Both the position numbers and the translations under genes were made by a program. This document shows positions 23,003 through 32,506 of a DNA stretch of 64,000 nt, piece after piece. The DNA comes from Nitrospirota bacterium (lineage in GTDB: Bacteria; Nitrospirota; UBA9217). The first letter of the stretch is position 1. Every line of letters begins with the position of its first letter. Location: positions 1,344,001 through 1,408,000 of the forward strand of contig CAVTRN010000001.1 of NCBI GenBank assembly GCA_963737155.1, given 5' to 3'. The notes under the pieces were generated by a model. It saw only the letters and a list, made by a program, of their open reading frames with translations. It made no database searches and was not told the DNA's origin.

Positions 23003-24262
23003 ATGCGTAACGACCTAATGATCTTCATAATTGTTGCCGCTATCGCAGTCCTACTGTTTTTGATCGTCGTTCTCCTGATTGCGAGCGTCTTGCGGCGGGC
23101 GTTGCACAACCGGAAATTCCGGAAGCTTGACGTCCTCCGGCAGGAGTACTGGAATCGTGCCCGTCGTTTGCTCGATCGGGACGGGTTAGTTGGCCACGAA
23201 GCGGATTTTGCGACGGCCGCTGGTTCTCTCGAATGGCAGGCTGTCGAAAAGGTATTCCTGGAACTGATGAGCAGTGGCGTACCCGGCGGTGAACCGAAAA
23301 TGCTTTTTCACCGACTCGGCTATGTAGCGTATTACGAGAACAGACTTGCCAGCAGAAACCGGCTGATCAGGGCTTCTGCGATTGACAAACTTGGAAGGAT
23401 GGGGACCCAATCTTCTCTGCCGAAGCTGCTCCCGATGCTCAATGAAACAGAGCCGGAAATTCTGACCCTGACGGTGCGCGCGATGAGCCGGATCGGTGGG
23501 AAAGAAGGGCTGATGGCTATCGTGGAGCGGTTGCCTGTCCTCCTTGGACAAGGGCAGGTTACACGCAAGGCCATGGAAACTGCACTGCTGAATTTCGGTG
23601 AAGATGCTATTGCCGGCCTCATCGAGTACCGTACCCGGGATGCCGACCCTTGGATCATGTCCTGCGTTCTGGAAACGCTCTCCCATCTTCCTCCTGATGT
23701 ACGGTCTCTTTCCTTGGCAACCGAACATCTGGCTGATAAGCATCCGGAGGTAAGGAGCAAAGCTCTGAAGGTCCTAGGGCGTGTTGAGCCGCCCTTTCCC
23801 GCCTTACTGTATGATTTAGTTCTCCCGCTCCTTGACGATCCTGTATGGTTTGTAAGGCTCCAAGCTGTAAAAATCGCAAAAAAGCTCGGTTGCACTAGGA
23901 TGGCAAAACCGATCGGGAGACTCTTGTTCGATAAAAACTGGCGGGTGAGAAGCGAAGCCGCGTTCAGTCTTGCTCGGCTCGGCACCTGCGCCATGGATGT
24001 GTTTCTTGATGCGCTCATGACGCAGGACGTTTACGCCAAGGAAAGCATCTGCGAGGAAATTGAAAAATCACAGTTCGTTGACCAGCTTATTGAGCAGCTG
24101 GACAGCGACGACGAGACCCTTCTGGCAAAATCCTCTGCAATCCTCCGAATCATGCATTCTCTACGGTTCTCTTCTCCTCTCCTGGAAGGTTTAACGGCCA
24201 ATCGCAATGTCCGAATCAAAGAGGAAATAAATAAGATTCTTGCGGCAGGTGTGGGACAATGA
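23003..24262 (+). CDS. Membrane-anchored HEAT-repeat protein
   Basis: N-terminal TM; repeats such as DKHPEVRSKALKVLG, DDPVWFVRLQAVK, DKNWRVRSEAAFSL. Confidence 0.85.
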   Translation: MRNDLMIFIIVAAIAVLLFLIVVLLIASVLRRALHNRKFRKLDVLRQEYWNRARRLLDRDGLVGHEADFATAAGSLEWQAVEKVFLELMSSGVPGGEPKMLFHRLGYVAYYENRLASRNRLIRASAIDKLGRMGTQSSLPKLLPMLNETEPEILTLTVRAMSRIGGKEGLMAIVERLPVLLGQGQVTRKAMETALLNFGEDAIAGLIEYRTRDADPWIMSCVLETLSHLPPDVRSLSLATEHLADKHPEVRSKALKVLGRVEPPFPALLYDLVLPLLDDPVWFVRLQAVKIAKKLGCTRMAKPIGRLLFDKNWRVRSEAAFSLARLGTCAMDVFLDALMTQDVYAKESICEEIEKSQFVDQLIEQLDSDDETLLAKSSAILRIMHSLRFSSPLLEGLTANRNVRIKEEINKILAAGVGQ

Positions 24263-25689
24263 AATCAGCCACCATCACATTCATCATTTGGTTCAACTAT
24301 TTTGTAGGAGCCTACTTCGGAGTAGTGAATACCATACTGGCATTCCTCCTTGCCCTGTCGCTGTTCTCTATTCTCCGACACATACAAAGGATCAAATTCG
24401 CCCCCATCAGGGATTTTCGTGCATCGCCAGAAACGCCGCCCGTCTCGATACTCATCCCTGTTCACAATGAAGAACAAATCGTGCTGAGAAGCGTGCATGC
24501 TGCACTGGCGGGAGATTACCCACTCTTTGAAGTCGTTGTCATTAATGATGGTTCGAAAGATGACACAATGCGGACGCTTATCAATGCTTTCCAACTCAAG
24601 AAGATCGACAGAGTATACCGAGCGTTTCTGAAGACCGAGCCAGTGAAGGGTTTTTTCGCCAGCGAGGGAACGCCGAATCTCCTTGTAATCGACAAGGAAC
24701 ACGGAGGGAAGGCCGATGCCCTCAACTGCGGGATAAACGCATCACGCTGTCCCTACTTCTGTTCCGTTGATGCTGACTCTCTGCTCGAAAAAGACGCGCT
24801 GATTAGGATCATGACGCCAGTAATAGAAAGCGGCAAACCGGTCATTGCTTGTGGCGGTGTTGTCCGCGTCCTTAACGGCGTGGAGCTGGAGGATGAAATC
24901 ACTATCAAAAAGTTCGACCTGCCGGGGAACAGACTAATTCTTTTCCAGATCGTCGAGTATCTTAGGGGTTTTCTGTTTGGCAGGGTTGGGTGGGATTCAT
25001 TGAATTCCCTCCTTATTCTCTCTGGTGCCTTCTCGCTGTTTCAAAAGCAGGCTGTCATTGAGGCCGGCGGATTCATGGTCGGGAATGTGTCCGAGGACAT
25101 GGAAATGATCATACGGCTTCACCGGCTCAAACGGAGCCAAAAAAAGCCATACCGGATACGGTTCATCTCAGACCCCATCTGTTGGACCGAAGTGCCGGAA
25201 ACCATGAGAATGCTTGCCCGTCAGCGGCGACGGTGGCATCTGGGGCTGATCCAGAGCATCAGTCAGAACAAAATAATGCTTTTCAACCCTCGTTATGGCA
25301 CCATTGGCACGGTCGTAATGCCCTATTATGTGTTCTTCGAGATCATCGGTCCGATCATTGAGATGATCGGTTATGTGGTGGTGCCTCTATCCTATGTCAT
25401 GGGGCTCCTTAGCATACAGTTCCTCATGCTCTTTTTCACGTTGGCCATCATTTACGGCGTATTTCTTTCGGTTGCGGGAATATTTCTCGAGGAAATCAGC
25501 TACAAGCGGTATCCCCGATGGCGGAACATGTTCCGTCTCCTCCTTTTTGGTGTATTTGAGAACTTCGGTTATCGCCAGATCAACTCGTTCTGGAGGTTGC
25601 AGGCGGTCCTTAATTATCTAATCGGCCGGACCGGATGGGAGTACGTGCAATACAAGGGGACGGGGAGCAAGAAGGGTGGTAAGCTGTGA
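24259..25689 (+). CDS. Processive GT2 glycosyltransferase (PgaC/IcaA-like polysaccharide synthase)
   Basis: IPVHNEE, NDGSKD, GGKADALN, VDAD, SED, QRRRW motifs; N- and C-terminal TMs. Confidence 0.9.
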   Translation: MKSATITFIIWFNYFVGAYFGVVNTILAFLLALSLFSILRHIQRIKFAPIRDFRASPETPPVSILIPVHNEEQIVLRSVHAALAGDYPLFEVVVINDGSKDDTMRTLINAFQLKKIDRVYRAFLKTEPVKGFFASEGTPNLLVIDKEHGGKADALNCGINASRCPYFCSVDADSLLEKDALIRIMTPVIESGKPVIACGGVVRVLNGVELEDEITIKKFDLPGNRLILFQIVEYLRGFLFGRVGWDSLNSLLILSGAFSLFQKQAVIEAGGFMVGNVSEDMEMIIRLHRLKRSQKKPYRIRFISDPICWTEVPETMRMLARQRRRWHLGLIQSISQNKIMLFNPRYGTIGTVVMPYYVFFEIIGPIIEMIGYVVVPLSYVMGLLSIQFLMLFFTLAIIYGVFLSVAGIFLEEISYKRYPRWRNMFRLLLFGVFENFGYRQINSFWRLQAVLNYLIGRTGWEYVQYKGTGSKKGGKL

Positions 25690-28100
25690 GTACTCTGGAT
25701 CTGGGCTTTCTCGCTCTTAAGCGCGGCGACAATCAGGAGGCGATCAATATCTTCAGGCGGGTACTTGACAATAAAAAAGAGGCCGACGCCTTCTTCGGGT
25801 TCGGGGTCGCTCACTATCATCTCGGCGATATCCTGACGGCTCGGTGGGCCTTTTATCAGGCACTGGAGCTGAATCGAGACCAAAAGGACTCACTGGCTTA
25901 CCTTGCTCGCATTGACAAGACGAAAAAACACCAGAAGCCGGTTCCGACAAAGCAAACACGGTTCAGAGCCCGCAAAGATTTTCTAGAAGTTCACGATGGA
26001 ACTTGGCGGGAGTTTTTCGTAAAGGGTGTTAACATCGGCGCTGGTCTTCCGGGATATTTCCCTGGCGAGTTCGCAGTAAAAAAAGGAACTTATCTCAAGT
26101 GGTTCAAACAAATAAAGGAACTTGGTGCAAATGCCGTTAGAGTCTATACGATACTTCCTCCGGAATTCTACGAGGCGCTTTACCGATTCAATGCACTGGG
26201 CCAGAAATTATATCTCTTTCAAGAAATATGGGCGGAGCTGCCGGAGGGAAACGACTTCCGTGACAGCCGCTTCATCGAAGGTCTCCGGCAGGATATCAAA
26301 TATACTGTCGACGCCATTTTCGGCAACGCATCCCTGCAGGAACGTCCGGGATATCCTCACGGAATCTATGAATACGACGTCTCCCCCTTTGTTGCGGGGT
26401 TTATCGTCGGCAGGGAATGGGAGACCTGCGCAGTAAAAGGCTTCAATGAGGCTCATCTGCGACAAACCGCTGACTACCAAGGAACGTTCCTGCGGATTCA
26501 GAACGGAACACCGTTTGAGGTCTGGATTACCGAAATATGTGACTTTCTACAGAGCTATGAACATGAGAGTTATCAGGTCACCCATCCAGTTACAACGGTG
26601 AATTGGCCCACGCTCGACCCCTTGGAACACCCCTCAGAATCAACCTATGAGGACGAGTTCCGGAGGCAGGGGCTTCAGCCAGAGGGGTACCATGGTCCCT
26701 GCATCGACGTTCATAATGAAGATGTTGAATCGCTTGATCTTTCGAAAATCACGGCAATCGAAGGGAACGGATTCTTCGCTCTCTACCATGTATATCCCTA
26801 TTACCCCGATTTCATGAACAACGATTATGTCGATCAGGAGAACCCCTACCTTGCCTATCTTTCAGCCCTTAAAAAGTACCATGGCAGTCAGCCGGTGGTA
26901 ATTGCGGAATTCGGTGTGCCGTCCAGCAGGGAGGTCGCGCATTGGAACCGCTGCGGCTGGAATCATGGAGGCCATGGAGACCGGGAGCAGGGCCAGATCA
27001 ACGGGAAACTTATGCGGACGATCCATGAGGCGGGAATGGCCGGGGGGATACTATTCAGCTGGTTTGACGAGTGGTTCAAACGGAACTGGCTTTTCCTTCC
27101 TGCCGAACTCCCCGCAGAGAGAAAACCTTTTTGGTATAACCTTCAGGACCCTGAAGAGAATTACGGCCTATTGGCTGCATATCCCGGATATCCGGAGAAG
27201 AAGGTAAGCCTGGATTGCCGTGCTGATGACTGGCGCGGTGTCGCTCCTCTCTACGAAAAGAAGGAAAACTCCATGGTCTTCCCATTCCATGACATGTCTG
27301 ATGATAGCCGGAGGCTTCTGCGCCTATCTGTCCAGCACGATGAGGGCTTTCTCTACATCCTGCTCGAGACCGCCGGCATGATCGATTTTTCAAAAGCGAA
27401 CTTTCTGATAGGACTCGATACCTGCTCAACAGGGGAAGGAGAACGTGCACTGCCTTATGGAACGAATCTAACGAGTCCCGTGGGCCTCACGTTTCTTATC
27501 CACCTGGCTGGAAAGGAAAGCAGCAGGATCCTCGTTGCGGCGTCTTATGACAAATACCTAAATGGCAAGACGGGTGTAATAAAACCTGACGCATCGGACC
27601 AAGGCGCATGGGTGATGATGGAGAATGAAACCAATATCCGCAGGATCAGCAAGGATGGAAAGCGCTTCTTTCCCGCGCGCGTTTTTACAATGAGCCATCT
27701 CCGCTTTGGCAGCCTTAATGTGAAAAACGAGGCCTACCATTCCCTTGCGGACTTTTTCAGCCGTGATAACAAAATTGAACTTCGCATCCCCTGGGGGCTG
27801 ATCAATATCACCGACCCCAGCTCAAAGACGGTCTTGTGGATGGATAATAAAGGAGCGACAAGACAAGCCGAGGGCATACGCATACTCGCGATTTCCTATA
27901 AGCCGGAGGAGGGGAAGCTCGTCGCCCACGGGACTGGAGGAGCATCCAACCATACTGACTGCCTGCCGGTAAAGCTCGCCCCGCCGCAGGTAAGGAAATA
28001 TTCCTGGAATGGATGGGAAACACCGATCTATCATTCTTTTCTGAAGGAAAGTTACTACCGCTATCAAAAGGTTCTTCAGGCAATTCCGGAGGCGCGATGA
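25686..28100 (+). CDS. TPR-containing putative glycoside hydrolase (clan-A-like TIM barrel)
   Basis: N-terminal TPRs; FFVKGVNIG, GANAVRVYT, GREWE, HVYPYYP, AEFG, WFDEWFKRNW; no signal peptide seen. Confidence 0.7.
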   Translation: MSTLDLGFLALKRGDNQEAINIFRRVLDNKKEADAFFGFGVAHYHLGDILTARWAFYQALELNRDQKDSLAYLARIDKTKKHQKPVPTKQTRFRARKDFLEVHDGTWREFFVKGVNIGAGLPGYFPGEFAVKKGTYLKWFKQIKELGANAVRVYTILPPEFYEALYRFNALGQKLYLFQEIWAELPEGNDFRDSRFIEGLRQDIKYTVDAIFGNASLQERPGYPHGIYEYDVSPFVAGFIVGREWETCAVKGFNEAHLRQTADYQGTFLRIQNGTPFEVWITEICDFLQSYEHESYQVTHPVTTVNWPTLDPLEHPSESTYEDEFRRQGLQPEGYHGPCIDVHNEDVESLDLSKITAIEGNGFFALYHVYPYYPDFMNNDYVDQENPYLAYLSALKKYHGSQPVVIAEFGVPSSREVAHWNRCGWNHGGHGDREQGQINGKLMRTIHEAGMAGGILFSWFDEWFKRNWLFLPAELPAERKPFWYNLQDPEENYGLLAAYPGYPEKKVSLDCRADDWRGVAPLYEKKENSMVFPFHDMSDDSRRLLRLSVQHDEGFLYILLETAGMIDFSKANFLIGLDTCSTGEGERALPYGTNLTSPVGLTFLIHLAGKESSRILVAASYDKYLNGKTGVIKPDASDQGAWVMMENETNIRRISKDGKRFFPARVFTMSHLRFGSLNVKNEAYHSLADFFSRDNKIELRIPWGLINITDPSSKTVLWMDNKGATRQAEGIRILAISYKPEEGKLVAHGTGGASNHTDCLPVKLAPPQVRKYSWNGWETPIYHSFLKESYYRYQKVLQAIPEAR

Positions 28101-28879
28101 ATCTCACTCGAAGGGAATTCCTGAAACTGAGCTACGGCTCTGTTGTGTTCCTTTCATTCGCCGGACGTGCAGTAGCAGATGGGATGAAAATTCCCGTGCT
28201 TATGTATCACGACATCTCTTCCCGGGGGAGCGAAAAGGAAACTCTGTCGCCCTGGCTTTTTGCCGCCCAGATGGAATGGCTTTACGACATGGGGTACCGT
28301 GCTGTTTCATTCCGCGACCTTGCTTTACTAGACCGGGAAGACGCGAAGCGGACTGTAGTGATAACCTTTGATGACGGGTACACCTCGTTCATGGACTACG
28401 CTTTTTCTCTTTTGTCTGAGTACGGTTTCAAGGCTACAATTAATGTTATTGGGAAATATATGGGTGGGTTTGTGAGCGGTAATGATCCGCGGTTGAGCTG
28501 GGACGAATGCCGCTTCCTCGTCAAGAGTGGGCTGGTAGAGATCGGTTGCCACACCTATGATCTCCATACATGGTATGGCCGTCAGTCCCGGTCGCATGCG
28601 ACTGAAGCGTTTAATGAAAAACTGGTGGATGACCTCGCCATGTTTCAAAAAATCATCATTCAAGAACTCGGACGTCCCGCCGTTGTGCTCGCGTGGCCTT
28701 ACGGAATGCATAATAATCAGAGTATTGAGATTGCGCGGAAAGCAGGTATGCATTTTATCCTGAACTCCGAGGACGGGTACTTTGCAATGAACGGCGATCA
28801 ACTCGATATTCCGAGGCTGACCATCAGTAATGATACAACGCTCAAACTGTTCCGTGAACGAATCGAGATGCGATTATGA
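28097..28879 (+). CDS. Polysaccharide deacetylase (CE4, IcaB/PgaB-like) with Tat signal
   Basis: MNLTRREFLK Tat motif; PVLMYHD, TFDDGY, HTYDLH, AWPYG, IPRL. Confidence 0.9.
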   Translation: MNLTRREFLKLSYGSVVFLSFAGRAVADGMKIPVLMYHDISSRGSEKETLSPWLFAAQMEWLYDMGYRAVSFRDLALLDREDAKRTVVITFDDGYTSFMDYAFSLLSEYGFKATINVIGKYMGGFVSGNDPRLSWDECRFLVKSGLVEIGCHTYDLHTWYGRQSRSHATEAFNEKLVDDLAMFQKIIIQELGRPAVVLAWPYGMHNNQSIEIARKAGMHFILNSEDGYFAMNGDQLDIPRLTISNDTTLKLFRERIEMRL

Positions 28880-30438
28880 GAAAGAGAATCATTCCGATTG
28901 GTGTCATTTTGCTCTGCCTGTACTGTTCCCCGATGTTCGCGGAATCTGCGGCCGGAGGCGGCGGGGAGGGGGACAGTGCGCCCTATGAAAAGGCCATCAG
29001 CGAAGCGAAGAATAGCAGCGATGAAGCGCTGCTCAGAAAAAAGCTCGGTGATTATTACGTGTCGAAGGAAGACTACCGGCGAGCCGCAAGCGAATATGTA
29101 AAAGCACTTTCCCTGAGCTCCCAGTCATTTACGGCTGCAGAGCGTCTACAAATGGCTGTTACACTCTCCTGGGCTAATTATCTCGATGATGCCGTCCGCG
29201 TACTCAGGGAGCTTCTTGCAGTAAACCAGAATGACCGAGACGCCCGGATTCAACTGGCAAGGGTCCTTTCCTGGAGCGATAAACTGGACGAGGCCGCGGC
29301 AGAGGCCGACGTCGTGTTGAAGAATCATCCCGAAGACCAGGCTGCATTAGTCATCAAAGCGAACACTCTCCGCTGGCGAGGAGATTCCAAGGCAGCAATC
29401 CCAGTTTATGAAAAAGCGCTTGCCCAGGGTGAGGACTTCGAGGCGCGGATCGGTCTAGCTTATGCCTATCTCGATATCGGTGAGAAGGATAAGGCGCAAG
29501 AAATCAGCCGGCCCCTGAAACCGCTTTTTGCAGCCCAGGAAAAAGAATTGACGAAATTTTCAGACTCTCTCTGCGGCGTTATGGCCTCCCATATCGGGCT
29601 CCAGTATAGCTATTACAATGATTCCGATGACAACATTGTCAACCGAACATCGTTATCATACGGCTTCTGGGCCGGAAAATGGGAAACGGAAATTTCCTAC
29701 CGGCAAACCGATGGTGAGGATCCGTTGCGGGATGAAAAGGCGGAAGACCTGTGGATCAACGCCCATACCCAAGCGGGCAAGTTTGGCGCCGGAGCCGGAA
29801 TCGGTATGAGCCAGACTGACGGGAGCCATGACATTTTCGTCGGCCAAGCAAACGCTAACACAGACAGGGGCTGGTGGACCATCGGCGTGGGCACTGCGAG
29901 AGAATTTCTTTCGGACACGGCGCAGCTTATCCAAAATAGGATTGTGCAAACAAGCGGAGCGCTGAATCTTTCAGAAAAAGCCTCTCCGAGACTAACCTTT
30001 ACGGAAAGCTATACGTATTCCGGCTACTCCGACAGCAATGACGCGGGCGATATGCGGCTTGGAGCGAGATACGAAATTCCTCTGGCCCCGTTCAAGATCG
30101 CGACGGGCTACCGCTTCAGATACTGGGATTTCAGGCGTCAGAGCGAGGGTGGATATTTTGATCCCTCAGACTTTCTCTCTCAACAGGTATTTGTTTCTCT
30201 TTATGCTGAGACGAACGGGTATTACGCCTATCTGGAGCCATACGTTGGGCACCAGGCGTTCACGCGGTACGGAGCAAAAACCAGTAATACATTCGCCGGT
30301 GGATCCGGATCGGTAGGATGGAAGATGAAAAAATGCACTTCACTCGAGATAAGCGGAGAAGGTGGAAACTACGCCGGTGGATCGACGTCGGGGTTCAATT
30401 ATTATCAAGTTGGATTCAGGCTGATCGTTAATTTTTAA
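28876..30438 (+). CDS. TPR + outer-membrane beta-barrel export protein (PgaA/NfrA-like architecture)
   Basis: Sec signal peptide, several TPRs (ARIQLARVLSWSDKLDEA), beta-strand C-terminal half with GYFDP and terminal Phe (YQVGFRLIVNF). Confidence 0.75.
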   Translation: MRKRIIPIGVILLCLYCSPMFAESAAGGGGEGDSAPYEKAISEAKNSSDEALLRKKLGDYYVSKEDYRRAASEYVKALSLSSQSFTAAERLQMAVTLSWANYLDDAVRVLRELLAVNQNDRDARIQLARVLSWSDKLDEAAAEADVVLKNHPEDQAALVIKANTLRWRGDSKAAIPVYEKALAQGEDFEARIGLAYAYLDIGEKDKAQEISRPLKPLFAAQEKELTKFSDSLCGVMASHIGLQYSYYNDSDDNIVNRTSLSYGFWAGKWETEISYRQTDGEDPLRDEKAEDLWINAHTQAGKFGAGAGIGMSQTDGSHDIFVGQANANTDRGWWTIGVGTAREFLSDTAQLIQNRIVQTSGALNLSEKASPRLTFTESYTYSGYSDSNDAGDMRLGARYEIPLAPFKIATGYRFRYWDFRRQSEGGYFDPSDFLSQQVFVSLYAETNGYYAYLEPYVGHQAFTRYGAKTSNTFAGGSGSVGWKMKKCTSLEISGEGGNYAGGSTSGFNYYQVGFRLIVNF

Positions 30439-30467
30439 GGAGCGGATTAATTTATCTCTAGCTGACT

Positions 30468-31304
30468 ATGCCGAAAGCGGATACAAGCTTCAACAACGGA
30501 TTTGTCGATGCGCACGTTCATGTTGAGGATACACGCGGTCTGGAAACGGTCAAGGCTGCGGGTATTTCGGCCGTGCGCGATGCGGGAACGCGGAGCGGGG
30601 CAGGTCTCGGCATGAGCAGGAAAGGCCTGCACGGGGAAAAACTTCTAGTCATTTCAGCAGGACGGGCACTTTCAAAGGAGGATGGGTATGGTTCGCATTT
30701 CGGCAGACAGGTCGGGACCAGAGATGAAATAAAGTCGGAAATTGAAAGGTTAAATAAAGCCGGGGCTGATATAATAAAAATCATGGTTTCTGGCATCGTG
30801 AGTCTGAAAAAGCCGGGTGTGATTACTAAAGGGGGCTTTTCTGCCGATGAAATCAAGTATATAGTCGGTGAAGCCACCCGGCTAGGACTTGCAGTCATGG
30901 CTCATGCAAACGGAGAAAACGCCGTCATTTCCGCGGCAAGGGCAGGCGTCCGATCGATCGAGCATGGTTTTTTCATGACAGAAAAATCGCTTGAAGCCAT
31001 GGCAAAAGCAGAGACATTCTGGACACCGACAGCCGGGGCTCTGGCCCGTGTTTCCGATTTGAGCGGGGTTTCAGCCGAGACAAAGGCGTATATCAGCGGC
31101 CTCATAAGAACCCACCTAGAGATGATCGGTCGTGCGTATATCATGGGCATTCCCTTGGCGATCGGCACCGACTGCGTCCTGCCTTGCAGAGGGTACGAAA
31201 AAGCATATGTTGCAGAGCTGTCATTTTTTGAACAAGCGGGGCTGCCTCGCGATATTGTTCTCCACATCGCTGTAAAGGGTGGGAGAAAGCTGCTGGGAAT
31301 ATGA
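30468..31304 (+). CDS. Amidohydrolase family protein
   Basis: DAHVH, VRDAG, GADIIKIMVSG, MAHANG, SIEHG, IGTD motifs. Confidence 0.85.
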   Translation: MPKADTSFNNGFVDAHVHVEDTRGLETVKAAGISAVRDAGTRSGAGLGMSRKGLHGEKLLVISAGRALSKEDGYGSHFGRQVGTRDEIKSEIERLNKAGADIIKIMVSGIVSLKKPGVITKGGFSADEIKYIVGEATRLGLAVMAHANGENAVISAARAGVRSIEHGFFMTEKSLEAMAKAETFWTPTAGALARVSDLSGVSAETKAYISGLIRTHLEMIGRAYIMGIPLAIGTDCVLPCRGYEKAYVAELSFFEQAGLPRDIVLHIAVKGGRKLLGI

Positions 31305-31426
31305 TGTACTTGGGTTATGGGTCAGTGGCAGTAGGCACGAAAGACAGCCAGGCGGTCTAGGTCTGGTCCAGAATTTTGGATTATCCGTGATTAAATACTT
31401 TTTCAAGATTATTGCCGGAGGTTATC

Positions 31427-32506
31427 ATGAAAATAGGCATTCTGTCGGGCGGTGGTGATGCTCCGGGCCTTAATGCAGTCATCCGAGCCGTAGTCAAGAC
31501 GGCGAATTTCAAGTACGGCTGGGAGGTGACCGGCATTATCGACGGCTTCGAGGGGTTGCTTACACCCACGAAGACACGGCAACTAACATCGTGGAACACG
31601 CGCGGTATTCTTTTTATTGGCGGAACCATACTTGGCACGACGAACCGGGGTAATCCCTTCGCGTACAAGACCGTTGTGGGTGGCAAGGAGATTGTCGAGG
31701 ACATGTCGCCCATGGTCCTGAACAATATCAGTGAGCTGGGCCTCAATGTACTTGTCGTTATTGGCGGTGATGGCTCGCTCAAGATCGGGAACGGCATTCA
31801 CAAACTGGGCGTCCCGGTGATCGGCGTGCCGAAAACCATTGACAACGATCTTATGGCTACGTATGTGACCTTCGGTTTTCAAACCGCGGTAGACACCGCA
31901 ACGGAAGCACTTGACAAGCTGCACACCACAGCGGAGAGTCATCAGCGCGTCATCGTTCTGGAGGTCATGGGCCGTTACGCCGGATGGATAGCCCTGCAAG
32001 CGGGTATGGCGGGAAGCGCCGATGTCATCCTCGTCCCCGAGATTCCGTTCAGCATGGACGATGTTGCTAAAAAGCTTCTGGATCGGAAAAAAGCGGGAAG
32101 CAAATCAAGCATCGTGGTTGTGGCCGAGGGAGCGAAGCCGGCGGGAGGAGAGATGGCGGTGCGCGAGAAGGCAGCTGACGGGTATGTGCTCAGGCTTGGC
32201 GGTATGGGTGAGATCGTGGCGAACGAAATCGCCAGGCGTACGGGATTCGAAACGCGTGTGACGGTACTCGGTCATGTGCAGCGCGGCGGTAGCCCTTGCC
32301 CCTTTGACCGGCTACTGGCAACGAGGTATGGGGCCCATGCCGTAGAGTTAATAGCCCAAAAGAAATTCGGTGAAATGGTCTCCTATCAGCCACCGATAAT
32401 CACCTCGGTGCCGCTAGGGGATGCGATCAGCAGCCTCAAGCTCGTTGAACCTGACTGCGAGCTGGTGAAGATCGCCGAAGGCATGGGAATCAGTTTCGGC
32501 AGATGA
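31427..32506 (+). CDS. pfkA: 6-phosphofructokinase
   Basis: SGGGDAPGLN, GGTILGT, GGDGSL, PKTIDND, EVMGR, LGHVQRGG. Confidence 0.95.
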   Translation: MKIGILSGGGDAPGLNAVIRAVVKTANFKYGWEVTGIIDGFEGLLTPTKTRQLTSWNTRGILFIGGTILGTTNRGNPFAYKTVVGGKEIVEDMSPMVLNNISELGLNVLVVIGGDGSLKIGNGIHKLGVPVIGVPKTIDNDLMATYVTFGFQTAVDTATEALDKLHTTAESHQRVIVLEVMGRYAGWIALQAGMAGSADVILVPEIPFSMDDVAKKLLDRKKAGSKSSIVVVAEGAKPAGGEMAVREKAADGYVLRLGGMGEIVANEIARRTGFETRVTVLGHVQRGGSPCPFDRLLATRYGAHAVELIAQKKFGEMVSYQPPIITSVPLGDAISSLKLVEPDCELVKIAEGMGISFGR

